A stretch of 63,143 nt of DNA, filler included, from Octopus bimaculoides (Eukaryota): the NCBI RefSeq assembly GCF_001194135.2. It is 4 parts of 4 records of this genome, joined end to end, with 100 filler letters (N's around TTAATTAATTAA, not from the genome) between each part and the next. Parts side by side here need not be neighbours in the genome. Positions count along the whole stretch, not along the records: positions 29,127 to 55,535 come from NC_068981.1; 3 more parts are not named here. One strand, given 5' to 3'. The notes below the pieces were generated by a model. The model made no database searches, was not told the DNA's origin, and worked only from the letters and a program-made list of their open reading frames with translations. Shown piece by piece: positions 37,348-51,362 of the stretch. The position numbers and the translations under genes were made by a program. Position 1 is the stretch's first letter, and each line of letters begins with the position of its first letter.

Positions 37348-40300
37348 CTGTAAACATAGGACATAAAAGTTAAAATTTGAAATAAAATTTGTTAATAACT
37401 AGAAATGGTAAGAAAATAATATGAAATGCTTTGAAATTATATGAGATGCTTTGAAATTGAATCCATTTACATCTTTAGCCACTATAAAGATAACATAACT
37501 TTAAGAGACCAAGTTGAATAAAGAGCTAATGAGAAAAGTCCTGCTGGTTTAACAGAAGAAAATTCAGTTTGTCAAAATATAAATAGTTTGTAACTAGTAA
37601 ATCTTATAAAAACAATGCAACAGTCAAGGAGGTTTATTTTTATGTTTTCTGAAATAACTATCTCAGAGTCATTTTATATATATTTGTATTGAGACATACA
37701 TTGTAAATGAATTTCAGCATAAAAATTCCCATGATAATGACAAGCTAAATTAAATTTTGGTAACCAAGGAAATAATTGCTTTTAAAGAGTAGCTAATTAA
37801 GAAATTCATCAAGTAAAATGGGAATTCAGAATCCAATTATGAGTGATAATAATGTTTCATTACAATGAAATAGCATAAATATCTGCTGGAATTGTCTCAC
37901 AAGATAAGCCAAATTTAGAAGAGTATTCCTTATTTGTGAAGTCACTGGAGTTTTCTGTATTGTAACATAACTGGCTTCCATTGATAAATACTTGAAAGAG
38001 AGCAATTTAGAAGAGGGTGTTCAATGATTGATTTATATTTCACTCTTTTATAAGATGTTCACAAAAGAAAGGCAGTATCCATATTTACAGTGCAGGTTAT
38101 CCAAAATTAGTGACATAGATTTAGCTAATATTTGTCTTGAACATTTATAGGTCTTATGTCTGTAGAAAGTATGTTGCTGAGAATGCAATGAGTTGAAGTT
38201 CTGCTTTAAGGCTTTGAAGGTAGACATAGTGAGAGTGATGAGATGTTAAGGGAGGCCTAAATATTTCAGAGGAACAGAAACCATTGTAGTAAACCTTGAA
38301 GAAACAGCACATTTGTGACTTAGTGATAAAGATCAATTAGCAATTGAATTTCTAAACTCATAATGGATTTCTGGAGAAGAAAGTGTTGGGCTCTCAATCA
38401 TGAGGTAATGAGTTTGACTCCCGGACCGGGTTATGTGTTGTGTTCTTGAGCAAAACACTTTATTTCACATTGCTCCAGTTCACTCAGCTGTACAAATGAG
38501 TTGCAACGTCACTGGTGCCAAGCTGTGTCAGTTTTCGCTTCTTCATTGGATAACATCAGTGGTGTGGACAGGGGAAGCTGGTATGCATAGGCAACTGCTG
38601 GTCTTCCATAAACAATCTTGCCAGGATTTGTACCTTGAATGGGAACTTTCTAGGTGCAACCTTATGGCCATACATTACCTAAGTAAGTTTTTACCCTTTT
38701 TTTAATGGCCTTCTATGGATGATGATTTGAATATGAGTACATGCAGTAGCAGCACAAACAAGTGAGAAATACTTTAGTATGGAACTTAGATTAATTGTCT
38801 AGAAAGAAAATTTATTGTTATTCTGATTTTGTTTCATTATTTTTTGATTTTCTTTGTTCTTGAAAGGGGTAACTACTTCAGTCAATGTAAATGAAGCTGG
38901 ATCTTTGTAGCTCTCAACTTTTTAGGTGTTTCTGGTTTAACAGTCACACAATAGGGGAGATAGTGACACAAGATTATGTGCCATATTATACTGGTAAGGA
39001 CGTGGCATGACAATGGTGGAAACAGTGATGAAAACAATCACAACATCGATGATAATGATGATGATGAAGACTAATCCAGTTCCGAATAGCCTTCCAACTT
39101 AAGATAATAACACCAATGATGATTTTTCTTTAAGATATAGGATCTCATCCCTGGAGGAGTAAAAACAGTAGAGAACTACTATTAGAAATACTACAGATGT
39201 GACAGATTTTCCATATATAAAGTGAAAGAGTGAGAGAAAGAGAGAGCAAAGATTGAAGGAGAGATTTTCAAGAGCAAAACTTCATGTATGTGTGTGGTGT
39301 GTATGTGTATATATCAGCTCTTGTCAAGCATCCAACCTACGCCAGCATGGAAAACAGATATTATATGATGATTGTGGTGGTGGTGGTGGTGGTGTTGGTC
39401 GTTGTCATCGTCGTCATCATAATAATGATGATGATGATGATGATATATCTTACGATGGTTTCTCATCTGAAGTGCTTATAAACTAAGGGATCAAACACAA
39501 ATTTTAAAATATCAAATAATGAATTATCAAGAAGCCAAATAAGTTCGAAAAATAAGAAACCAGAACATAGAGAATTCAGGAGTGAAAAAAAAAAATTAGG
39601 TAGCTTTACTTTGTCTAAGAAAATTGGGATTTTTAATGAAAATGCTCCAGCATAGAAACAAATGAAGGAAAAGCATAATACTTTTGTAGCATTTTAGAAA
39701 ATAAGAACTGGATAAACTAATCATATTTAATGAATGGAAAGGGTCTAGAAAAGTCACTTAGGTGTGAGAACAGGTAAAAGGTACTATTTTATATATGAGG
39801 GATTAAAGATTTTTGTTTTTTTTACGTTAGTACTTCTAAAAATATTTTTATTTGATGACGTTCCAATATCATGAGTATAGGTTTTCTTAAAGTTTTATAG
39901 AGGTCGCTACCAGTTTACTTTTGTTGGGGAAGACCACCAAATAGTGAAAATATTTTGGAAAATTATTACATTCTTGTTGTTTGAGCCCCCACCAAGTCAG
40001 CACCACACCTACAACAGATATTAAGGTATATCAGCTTTGATTATCCTGTCTTTTCTTGCTTTCATTTTTTTCTCTAGGAATAGTATACCCAGCACTTAGC
40101 TGTCCAACGTTTTTTGCAAATGTATTAAGTGATTTGAGAGGGTATTTGGCTGCTATTTCTAGCACACCAAGTGACTTTTTAAGGCTCCCTTACTATCTCA
40201 CAACAATGTATATAGTATATACTGATATGTGATAATACTGACAAACCTTGCCAGTGATACAGAGAAGGCACCCATGCCGGTGACACATAAAAGGTACCCA

Positions 40301-40444
40301 CTACACTCTTGGAGTGGTTGTGGTTGGTGTTAGGAAGGGCATCCAACCATAGAAACCAAGCCAAACCAGACTGTCTAACCCATGCTAGCACAGAAAATGG
40401 ATGCTAAATGATGATGATGATGATGATGATGATAAAACTGTTAC

Positions 40445-40946
40445 CTTCTTTTGGCATGCCTACACTTGGTTTCCTTTCCATCACATAAACTTGGCCTTCT
40501 TTTTCACGAGCAATTTGACGTTCATTTCGTATTTCTGAACTAGCAATTACCCATTCCACTTCTTTTTCCATCTGAACTATTTTGTCATGTTCAATATCAA
40601 GTTCAGAAAGACGCCTCTTAGTTCTTGCTTTTATTCTAATTTCTTCATCTTCCTCTGCTCCTATTTCATTTTCATTTTCTCCAGTTTCACCTTCTTGGGA
40701 TTTTAGTTCAGTATACATCCTAGTACGCAAAGAATATTCAGATTCACTTCTTGGTTCAAATCGTTTATTCCAGTCAAAGCGTGTTTCTGAGTCTAAGAAT
40801 TCACCATATTCTCTTGAATCAGGGTAAATTACTTTATTAGTTTCTGGATCAATTTCTGGTTTGAGAGTAGGAGCTGATGGTATAACAACTTCCATTTTTG
40901 TCAAACTTTCCAATCGAGCAGTTTTTACAATGGCACTAGATTTTCT
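40445..40946 (-). CDS. OBSCN: Obscurin/UNC-89-like interkinase linker exon
   Basis: ttttttgctttcttcag|AGA AAA TCT...GAA G|gtaaca. 502 nt, phase 0 to 1, open throughout. RKSSAIVKTARLESLTKMEVVIP...YPDSREYGEFLDSETRFDWNKRF...RTKRRLSELD...SVGMPKE. Phases match both neighbours. Confidence 0.88.
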
Positions 40947-42488
40947 CTGAAGAAAGCAAAAAATAAAACCATCAAGTAATTAAAGTTTTTCCTTTTGAGA
41001 ACTTATATTTTATAGATTACACATGTAAATATTTTTAAAATTATTTGAAATAAATCCATGTTTTTCTGTTTTTACTGGAATTGAAAGGAAATCTAGATTG
41101 TATTTTTTTTTTGTTTTTTGTCTATTTTAGATTTAAGAGCTTATTTTTTCACCAACACAAATACTTCAGTAAAGCAAACAATAAAAAAATCATTTTGTAA
41201 TACATATAAATTGATTCTTTCCTTTTTTATTAATTCAATTATAATAAGATTCCATCTTCAAATATCTATAAATATATGATATACTTATTCTCTAAGTATA
41301 AGAAAAATTGTTATGCGTTTTATGTTTTTGAACCTCATAAAGTCAATCATTTCAGTAAGAAACAAAAGTGAATTTCTTAAGTGGTTTCTGTATTTCATTA
41401 TTTCAGCATAATAATAGAACTTTTTAAAAGCATAAGAATAAGAAGAATTCAATTACATTAAAAATAAAACCTCAGTCGGAAATAGTATATCTTAAAATAG
41501 CAAATCAAAACTAGAATCATAAGAAATAAGTAGTGGCCTGTCAGCAAAAATCAGTTCCTAAATTTCACAAGTTTCAATAAGTTCATAAGCTGTGGAAAGA
41601 TATTAATTCTATTGTATTTGCTCAACACTTTTCTAGAGAAATTCTTTTTCTCTGAAGAACTTAGAATTCACGTCTCCTTTGCCATACAAACATATTTAAA
41701 TATATAAAATTTTTAAACAATTACAAGAGAAAACTAAAAAACATAATATTATGTTCTTTGTATTATAATTCCTTTGTTCAAAAATATGAGTAACGATATG
41801 ATGTAATGGTAGGGCTCAACTTTTAATGGAATCGCAAGAGTACCAGTGTAACATACAGCATATCTGTAACATACAACATATTTTATAATTGATAGAACCT
41901 TCTCCTGATCTAACATAGCTATTTTTGCTAAGAGAAAAAGATAGAAAGTGAGAAAGAGAGAAATAAGAACAACCCTCCTTCCCCTGTACTGTATTGGAAC
42001 TTTACTAACTGACTATAGAATAAGGATGAAAGATAACATTGGCTTTTGCAGAATTTGAATCCAGAATGCAGTGCTGAAACAAGTACCACAATGTGATCCA
42101 TCTGACACACTAATAATTCTGTTAATTCACTGCCAACACATCATTGCACAGGATTGTAATAATTATGAACCTAAAAGCCTAAAACCAAGTGGTTAGTTGT
42201 GTGCTGAAACAGGAATGACATCATATGCTATGGCAGGAATTCTAAAACTTTCAGTCATCTGCAGAGTTGATGGTTGAAATCTTTGGAATTCAAGCAATAT
42301 CATATCATTATACAATGCATGGTTGAAAAACAAAACACATGCAATTCTAAGGGATATATCCAAGTTTTGAAAAGATGATGCTTTTTGTATCATAGCTCTT
42401 GATTAATGCTAATAATTGATATTTTGGGGGATTAAATGCTTAGTGATTTTTTTTTTTTTTTTTTTTTTGTGTAGCAAAAGTAACTCAC

Positions 42489-42612
42489 CATAGCTAAATC
42501 TCTTTGATGAAACATTTCCAGATTCTTTAATTCCAATCTATTACCTTCACCCTTTCTTTGAGCAAGTTCAATCCAGGGATGACTCAGACATTCATCTATT
42601 TCTAAACGAAAT
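42489..42612 (-). CDS. OBSCN: Obscurin/UNC-89-like kinase 1 end and regulatory tail
   Basis: ctttcaatttcag|A TTT CGT...GCT ATG|gtgagt. 124 nt, phase 2 to 0. FRLEIDECLSHPWIELAQRKGEGNRLELKNLEMFHQRDLAM (R...CLxHPW motif). Confidence 0.88.
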
Positions 42613-43595
42613 CTGAAATTGAAAGGAGGAATATATTTTATTTAAGAGGTCATAGAAAAATGTGTAGTGAGTAATAAATGCTGGGTTTATCAAGCTTAAT
42701 GAAAAAAAGTATGAAAGATTCAGCAGGCTTTGTCACTCGAATCAACATAATATCAATTCTCACTGAGAAATAATTAGAAAACTGTCAAATTCAGTCAAAG
42801 AAATGGCCTGTCTGTATGGCATAAAGACGACTGCATTTTAGATATAAATACAAGTGTTAATTCTGTCGCCTCTTTGTTTATAGATGTATGAGAGAGAACT
42901 ATATATTTGTTAAATATATATTTGTTGTTGTCTCCAATAATGTGTATGAATTGTCTTTTAATGACCGTGATGCCAGGCAGAGCCTCAGGTCAGATTAAAG
43001 CAATCTCTGGAAAGAGTTAAGAATCAAAACCATTTGTAATGCAACAACAAGAAAGTTTTTTAAAAACTTCTATCAGCATTTTGGCATGTAAAAATACAAT
43101 AGACAGCTTGCATGGGTTGGACAGGTCATCACATTCTGATTCAGCTCTTATTCTGAGTTACTGTCCTCTGAGGCAATTCAAAGGAGTACAACTTTCTTGT
43201 GTCTTCCATAAAACACAGCTTTCTTCAAACAAAAGTAGTCACCAAATCATCACCAACTTGTTTTATATTGTGTTTTATATTGAATATAGTAATTATTTTC
43301 TTTAATATCTAACTGTAATTCATTTTATGAATAAAATATCTATTCATTCCAATCAGGGTTTAATATAAATATATATAAATTACAGACCTGTAGTAAGCAG
43401 TGTAGTATGTTAAATTTATTTATGTTGATATTGATGCAATATTTCATGATTAGAGTTAAGATGAGTCACAATTGTATTATTATACTAAAGTATTTTCAAC
43501 TAGGAAATATTTATGACATTATATAAATTAATTCAATATAAATTTTATATTTTCCTTTGTTCACATAAAATGCATTCAACATAGAAAATACTTAC

Positions 43596-43748
43596 AGTGG
43601 TTCCTTCTTGAGAAGACTGGTAATAAAATCTTTAGCTTCATCTGAAATGTGTTTGAAAGCTTCCTCATCAAAATGCCACTCACAACTCTCAATTTTATTG
43701 AGAGTCTCAGAGACAGATTCACAATGGAATGGTGAAATACCACTCAAT
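43596..43748 (-). CDS. OBSCN: Obscurin/UNC-89-like kinase 1, subdomains IX-XI
   Basis: ttttccag|A TTG AGT GGT...CCA CT|gtaagt. 153 nt, phase 2 to 2. LSGISPFHCESVSETLNKIESCEWHFDEEAFKHISDEAKDFITSLLKKEP(L), a CAMK/MLCK-type C-lobe. Confidence 0.93.
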
Positions 43749-45686
43749 CTGGAAAATATTGAGTATAATCGAATATATAGATTATAAGTATGAGTACACA
43801 CTAACATTTAAGATGTTACTATGTACATTGTTTAGATGTACACAGGAATTGTTTAGATTTTTAAGAATCTTTTCTATCTTTCTTTCTATCTACAATATCA
43901 ATGACCATTCTCCTGTTCATTCATCCATATATATCTTTCACTATCCAACACACTTAACTTTATGATTAACTTCATTTTTCTTTTTTAGTAGAAGCTGTAG
44001 ACAGAGTATATATGCATTCAAAATTCTATGTAAGAATACATATATATGTATGTATATTTAGTCACCTGATGATCAAAATTCTTAAGAAATTATTTGGATC
44101 TAGCTGGAGCTCTCATTCACAGCTCATGTGCATATCATCCATAATCAATCACTAAACAGTATATATTTGACAATAACTGTTTAAGTTTTGATATCCAGTT
44201 TTGTGATTCATTTATGTTATTCAGATCATGGTACTTTTGTTGACAAACATACAAGTTCTCACTGAGAAATTTAATTTTCAAAATAAACAAGCCAACAAGA
44301 GAGCGTCTATGTTGTCACTTGACTATATAGTAGAACTGTAGTCAAATCTTCTTCATATCACATTACAATCTAAAAATGGAAGCATATTGAATAATGTAGT
44401 CCCAGATATACATTTCCTGCAAACAAATGAGATGGTAATGGATAGAATGACTTTGATTGCAAGTCTTTTCAGTCAGAACTAACCTGGATTTAAAACAACG
44501 AAACTTCAAAATGATTTTGAAAAAAATTAAATACACATATCTATATCCAAATTAGCATATTTTCAAATATAATGTAACATGTAATTTTAAACTTAATATT
44601 ATCTATAGCCTCTACATATGCCTTTAAGTTTTACAGAGATATTTCAATCAAATTTGTTCATACATGTCTTTATAAAACCATTAAAATTTCTCTATTGTTG
44701 ACACTAACATTCCCAATTGTGAGAAAAGATATTGTACAACAAAACTTTACTTGCTATTTATTTCTCAGAGAAAAATTCAATAAATGCTTTATTCTTATTG
44801 TCATGCAATTTTACTATGATGATATGAATATGAATTTATAATATAGTTTCATAAACTAAATATCACAACTACAAGTATTTGTTCCTCATTAAATATTTGT
44901 ATTAAAAATTGGTTTGTATTTTAAGGCAATAAGTTTCTAATTTATTGCTTTATCTAAAATTATCAGTGAGATAAATTTAGTAAGAAACCAATGGTATAAA
45001 CAATCAGAGGGTTTTTGGCAGAGTTCCAAAAATTCAGTTGCCAAGAGTTGTGAAGTATGTAATCTTTTACACTCTTACCCACCCATCACTGCCCTTACCC
45101 TTAATTTGTAAGATAGAGAAAATATCGCTTTCACTTACAGCTAAATTGACATATTCACTTATTAGATGAAAAGAGAGAGCCAGCTGTGTTAGCCTTCATT
45201 CTCCATAGTAAATAAATGCATTAAATTCTTGTATGAACTTTTACCAATTTCCTCAGGTTATCAATTTTACTCTGTATCTCAGTTTTTTCTTTTTTCATGA
45301 TCATTTAGTGACAAAAAAAATAAAGAGCAATGCTTGTGGTCCTTTATTTTTTCAAGGTACTCAAACTAATAGGAGGAAGAGAAGAAATTTTCCTCAAACT
45401 GGAGTAGATCCTAAATAACAGCAACAAAGTGAACACTACTAAAGGTCACCAGAAATCTGGTGGTGGTATTAAACGTGATAAAAAATTATAACTCTCACCG
45501 AAGAACTCAAACTGGAAAGAGATAGAACAAATTTTGCAAGGCATTTCATCAAATGCTCTATGAATTCTGTAAATCCTTCACTCTGGGCTGGGACTTTATC
45601 TTAAGGATGGAAAGTAATGCTGCAATTTTTTATTATATAATATTTGACATGCAGGAAAAACGATCTAATATTTATAAAATACTTAC

Positions 45687-45880
45687 AAAATGTAAGTCAG
45701 TACTCCTAAACTCCATAAATCAGTCGATTCTGATATTACTTCACTGCACACAACTTCAGGAGATGCAAACTCAGGTGTTCCATAATTTAGCTTTAGTGGT
45801 ACATTGTGAATCTTTTTGGCAAATCCAAAATCGATAAGTTTGATTTTGTCTGTTTTTTCTTCGTAAATTATATTTCCTGG
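45687..45880 (-). CDS. OBSCN: Obscurin/UNC-89-like kinase 1, subdomains VIb-IX
   Basis: ttttattatag|CCA GGA AAT...ATT TT|gtaagt. 194 nt, phase 0 to 2. PGNIIYEEKTDKIKLIDFGFAKKIHNVPLKLNYGTPEFASPEVVCSEVISESTDLWSLGVLTYI(L): DFG, GTPEFASPE, DLWSLG. Confidence 0.95.
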
Positions 45881-46564
45881 CTATAATAAAAAATTTGTAC
45901 AATTTTATTGTCATTTGCAATTAATTCATGAATAAAAATTTCTAAGCTAACAGAATGGATGAAAACAGACCAACAAAGGATATTACTAAAATAGCTGGAG
46001 ATTTAAAAGAGTTGACATTTTGAAAGATGGAACATTCTAGTTTTAGAAGACTCTGTAGGATCATTCACCTGATATTCAGGAAAATAATCTTTTGTTGTCA
46101 TCCTTATTGCTGTTAATGATGATAATATCAATAATTATGACAATGACAGCTAAAATTATTGCAATTATAACAACTTAACTGTGAGCAGTGACACTGGAAA
46201 GGGTGGCAATAATTATAACGATAGTGACAATAACAATTAAAATAATGATAATAACTATATTTTTGAAGGCAATAGAATAAAGTAAACACAACGATGTTTC
46301 TTTGCGTGACAACGAGCAAAATGAAGGAGCTCCTAGCAGATATTTAATCTGCTAGAAAAAGCAACCAAAACTCGTTTTACACACATCCCAGCATGTTATA
46401 AAAGGGAAGAATGCATTGGATAACATGGTCTAAGATAACTTATGATTACAATGTCACCATATAACTTTAAGTTTGAAATGAAAAATATTTCAAAAACAAT
46501 CTTTTTTTTTTATTTTGTAGAATTAACAGAAATACAATATTCTGACTAAATAACGACAAAATAC

Positions 46565-46703
46565 CTTAATATCTAAATGAGCCACACCACGGATTCTTAA
46601 TTCTTCAAGTGCTAACAATAGTTGATGAATGTAGTATGCAGCATCAGTTTCAGTCCAATTGTATGTTGTAAGAATATGTTCAATCAGTTCCGTTCCATGA
46701 ATT
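46565..46703 (-). CDS. OBSCN: Obscurin/UNC-89-like kinase 1, subdomains V-VIb
   Basis: aactag|A ATT CAT...ATT AAG|gtattt. 139 nt, phase 2 to 0. IHGTELIEHILTTYNWTETDAAYYIHQLLLALEELRIRGVAHLDIK (catalytic loop HLDIK). Confidence 0.93.
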
Positions 46704-48494
46704 CTAGTTAAATGTTAAGGCAAATAAATCACTGATTCACAGATTATCTTCTATTTTGCAATTGAAGAAAACAGCTTTAAAACACAAATATTTATTACTT
46801 TCTTGTCAAGCCAACAAGGGAGAGAGTCGCAATGGTTTCACTCAACCTGCTCAAAATACCAACCAAATCTCCCTCAAATTTGTACTAATGTTTCAAAAAC
46901 AGTGAACATTGGATGATATAGTCTTTGATATACAAGAAATCAGACTGGGGATTGCTAGAATGCTTTTTGGTCACAGTTCTTCTCAATCAGAGCTAACTTA
47001 CCATTAAAATAGCAGCTTTAATTATCATGAGGAGTTAGAATATAATATTTTATCCAGTTATATTCATGTGCCCAAGAATAGGGAGTGCAGAGGGTGCAAG
47101 TGCACCCACTAAAATTTCTGTGGAGTGCAAAATCAAAGTTTGCACCCCTACTTCATTTTCTTGGGTTTAGAAAACAGTGAGTAATATATGATCTGTAAAA
47201 ATTACCTTGAATTAGGTTTCTTCTCAAAGAACAAAGAACATAGATAAATAAAAAAAAAAACATTACTTTACTTGTAAAAATTTTGGGGCCTGAGTTTGCA
47301 CCCCACTAAGGAAATTTCGATCCTGAGCCAGTGGTTATGCTGCAACTTAATTACATTTTTCCATTTATTTAACCATGTTGACATGAAACTATGGTTTCAC
47401 TCCTGCTTAGGCAACAAAAGGTAATAAAATGTAGTTACTTTTAAAGCATCTCAATGGCTGTTTAGATAAGGAGTTAGCCTCCTTTAAATAGTCCTAAATT
47501 TTTGTCCTAATACTTACTCTAAATATTGTATCTTTCTGACCCACTTACTATAAGCCAATGAAGGATCTTCTGTCTGGTTACTCAACTTACTTGAAATACA
47601 TTTCAGTTATTTTAATAATGAAAGAACACATTAGGTAGTACAATCTGAGATACACTATGCTTGCAGGAAAAGTGTGGTCATTATCTTGGCTAGAATGCTT
47701 TCACACAATCTGGGCTTCATCATCCTCATCATGTATTGTTTGTCTTCAGCACATTGATGATACTACAATGAAAGTCTTCCTAATTATGCATGGGTTTTCT
47801 ATCTGCCTTACCACTCTTGTCTAACCAGCTCATGATATTGTCCATTCATTGCATTCTTAGCCTGATTCTTGATGATCTACCCTCAACTCTTCCTTCCATG
47901 ATGTTTTCCAGACTTCTGCTTCTTTGAATATGGCCATAATAAATGAACTTTTGTTTTATTACAATGTTCAGTCGTTGTTGTTCACATTTATCTGATAGTC
48001 CTTATAAGAGACTAAAATAATCTATAACTACTTTTTATGGTGCACTTTAAATAAATTAAATTTAAGGATAGCTCTACTAATAATACATAAAATTATTACT
48101 TTTAATTCTTTGTAGCTCTCTGTTCATTTTTGTACAATGACTTTAAGTAGAATCATGTAATAATATTTAAAAACACTGAATGACAAAACAGTATTTTAGT
48201 TCATTCATTTAGGCTTACTTTCATTTATCTTTGATACTAGATGATATCGAAAAAAGAATGAATATTTTTTAAGAGCCTGTACATAAAATATAATTATCAT
48301 TTTACCATTCCTTTTAGAAATACAAATAACAACAATTTGTAACAACTCTCCATTCAAGAGTTCTGAATTAAGAAATACAAATTTAAAAGACAAAAAAAGA
48401 GTTTAAAAAATAACAGGAAAACTAAATAAATAATGAAGAGCTATGAATCATTATCAAACATTTAGTTCTGATAGAAACAAGATTTAAAGGATAC

Positions 48495-48698
48495 AATTCT
48501 GTAATCAATACATATGATTTCACTGTTTCATAGGCCTCATGGATTTTCATAATATGAGGATGATCTAGAACTCTAAGACATTCAAGTTCTGTCTGGAAAA
48601 ACTCCTTCTCTTTTGGGTCACTGAGCGTTAAGAATTTGCCAGCAAACTCCTTGCCAGTTGATTTCTCTATAACTCTTCGAATAATTCCATGCCGTCCT
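48495..48698 (-). CDS. OBSCN: Obscurin/UNC-89-like kinase 1, subdomains I-V
   Basis: tattttag|A GGA CGG...GAA TT|gtatcc. 204 nt, phase 2 to 2. GRHGIIRRVIEKSTGKEFAGKFLTLSDPKEKEFFQTELECLRVLDHPHIMKIHEAYETVKSYVLITE(L): Gly loop, AxK lysine, alphaC Glu. Confidence 0.93.
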
Positions 48699-48782
48699 CT
48701 AAAATAAATAGGAATAAAATTTATTAATTTAAAATGGTGTAATAATAAGTTTATATTTAGACAGACAGATTGATATAAAAGT

Positions 48783-49012
48783 GCCACCTTCTATGAACAA
48801 AACAGAAGAGCAGGAGCACAAAGAAAAAGGCAAACTGCACAAGCCCAGAGCTAAGTCCTTGTCTTCAGTCCCAGCAGATTACCAGTGCCCAACTTGCAAC
48901 AGAGCCTTTTGAGTATGCATTGGACTGATCAGCCACAATCAGACACACTACGCCCCATCTCCCATTTAATGTCCTTGGTCATCTTCAACAATGACAGATG
49001 AACTAATAATAA
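48783..49012 (+). mobile_element. RTE (BovB-like) LINE 3' end
   Basis: ATFYEQNRRAGAQRKRQ...YQCPTCNRAF*VCIGLISHNQTH (RTE terminal CPTC...IGL-x-SH-x-x-TH finger), then a short 3'UTR ending gatgaac-taataataat. Confidence 0.75.
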
Positions 49013-51362
49013 TCTTTTTATATATAAATATATAAAGTTTCATTTCAGCATCAAAGAGTTTGAAAAGTCTTAAAATAAATGCAAAGCAATTATTGCTAAA
49101 AACACTTTAGAGTTTTGTAAACAGTTTTTCGAATGTTGTTCTTACATTTTGTCTTCTATGACAATGTAAGCCAAACATTGACTATCTATGATTGTAAAGA
49201 TTCATCATCAGAAATATCTAATATCCAGCTAGCTGCTGCAATTCTAATCTTCACTGCAAGAAGCTTATATGACAAGATAACAATTTGATAATGCTTAACA
49301 AAACACAAAACTTCTCGATCAACATATCTGGCTTCCTACTTCAAGAAATGTATTTCTCACAGATGTTAGGATTAAACATCTCAAGTTGCTATTGCTGGAA
49401 ACCTAATATTATGGCCAAAATCTAAGATTATTTTACAAAGAGTAGGTTTTTTTTTTTTCTTGAGAAGCATAGTGTATTTCTATTCTAGACAATTTACCTT
49501 TTATTTAATTGTCTTCTTTTATAAAGAGAATATGAGAAACCCTTTATTTGGAACTACAGCTTAAGTTTATATATGTACACATATCTGGATTATGGTATCA
49601 CAAATTTGCTTGATAAAGTCTGTTTTGCAGTTTAGTTTATTTATAACAAACAATAACAACTGTTTTTCTCTTTGCTTCAGTTGCTAAAACTGAATTTTTT
49701 AAAACTATCTTTTCTATACTTTAACAAAATCTTTGAATGTCTGTGAAATTCTCTCAGATATATTTTAAATATTTGAACAATATTTTGAACAACATTGAGC
49801 AATATTCGGCAACATTGAACAATATTCAGCAACATCAGAATATAAAATTGAAAGAAATGCCACTAAGCATTTTAGCAACCCTAACAGAATGAAAGGCAAA
49901 GCTGAACTTAGCAGGATTCAAAATCAAAATGGACAGAGGTATAACTAAAAACTGCATGATTTTTAGTCAGCTACTCTACAGATTCTGTTGAAATATCACC
50001 CTTGAATTATTACCATACTATGAATAGTGTAAGTTATTACAGAGAAGATTAATCTATTTAACATCTCTCACTTAAATTCTTCTCATTCTGAAGTAAAATC
50101 TCAAGATCACATTACGAGTCAGCATATTATAAATAAGTTAAAATATGTGTTCCATTGTCTTTCATTGCATATGATTTGTAATATTATTATTATAATTACA
50201 ATGGATTAAATGTTCAAATGTCTTAGATGATTTGTTATTAATATAATTTTCCAGATTATTTAGACTTGATGCATTAGAAATAAGGGATTTTTGGTTAAAT
50301 CCAGACAAGGAATTGTGTACACATCCCTAAAAAAGACCTTAAAATATATCTGTTGATGATAAATTGAATTATCTATTAAATCAAGAAATAATGTTTAAAT
50401 TGTAACTAAATACTATCAAAGTAGGTTTAAAATATTGGGTATCAAAGTTATGAATTATAAATACCACCATTCAATATTTTACACTTCATTTTAAGAGAAA
50501 TTATGTTCTCAAACAAAAGGAAAGCTCAGACTTGTTTATTACATTAAAAATTCAGGTCTTGTCAAACAATATCATTTCCAATAACGTTTGTTTCTCTACA
50601 AACAATAAATTACACTATTTTCCAAAACTGCTTGTAATGCAAACTATCCTTCCAAGAAACCAAAGAATTCAACTTAAACCACTTCATGGACAACAGATCA
50701 ATGTTTGTTATTTTATCAGTTTAAAGCTTTCTCAGTCAAGAGGTAAGATCAAATAATATTGGTTCTCAGTTAAAATCCTCAAAATCCTTATCTCATCATT
50801 TATAAAAAAAAATATGTAATTTACCATAGAGCAAAGAAGTAAATTAATTTAGTTAAAAAAGTAATTTTGTCTTTAAAATAAATTTAGAGGCTACCAGGCT
50901 TGTACATTCCCTCAAAACACTTTAAACTCCACACAATCACCAATCTGAAGTATTTTTAAAAATAAACTAAATATGATCTTGTACTGAATTAATCTGATTA
51001 TTGCTGCTGATTTGGCTAAGTGTTCGAAAGGTATTGTTGACTTAGTGATCAGACCAATAAAAGTTTTGTCCTGTTTATAAAAGAGCAAAATAAGTATCAA
51101 TTTACCGTATGAAAAAATATTAGTAAAGAAGCTCAAAAGAGAACCTATATGTGATTGTTTGACCAGCTAGAAATAGCAGCAAAATCTCAAAGATTGTCTT
51201 AAAAAATGTAAAAGACACATTGAATTGCATAAATTTAGGTACCTTAAAAAAGGGAGGTCGATCATAGCTGAAGCATCTTTGATCATATATCTGATAGTGT
51301 TTGAAAATAATGTTTTCTCTTGCAAATACAATAATAATAATAATAATCCTTTCTACTATAGG

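Noticed and set aside
42193-42393. 66-aa minus-strand ORF between two obscurin exons
   Set aside because: The flanking exons already join in frame, and it shows no recognisable motif or good donor.
42545-42612. Shorter version of the kinase-end exon using the internal gtaata donor
   Set aside because: It would end in phase 1 and break frame with the phase-0 linker exon. The downstream gtgagt donor is stronger and in frame.
51243-51320. Candidate upstream kinase exon ending TTA AG|gtacc
   Set aside because: It lies in a common dispersed repeat and is not kinase-like. The true exon is at 52629-52710.
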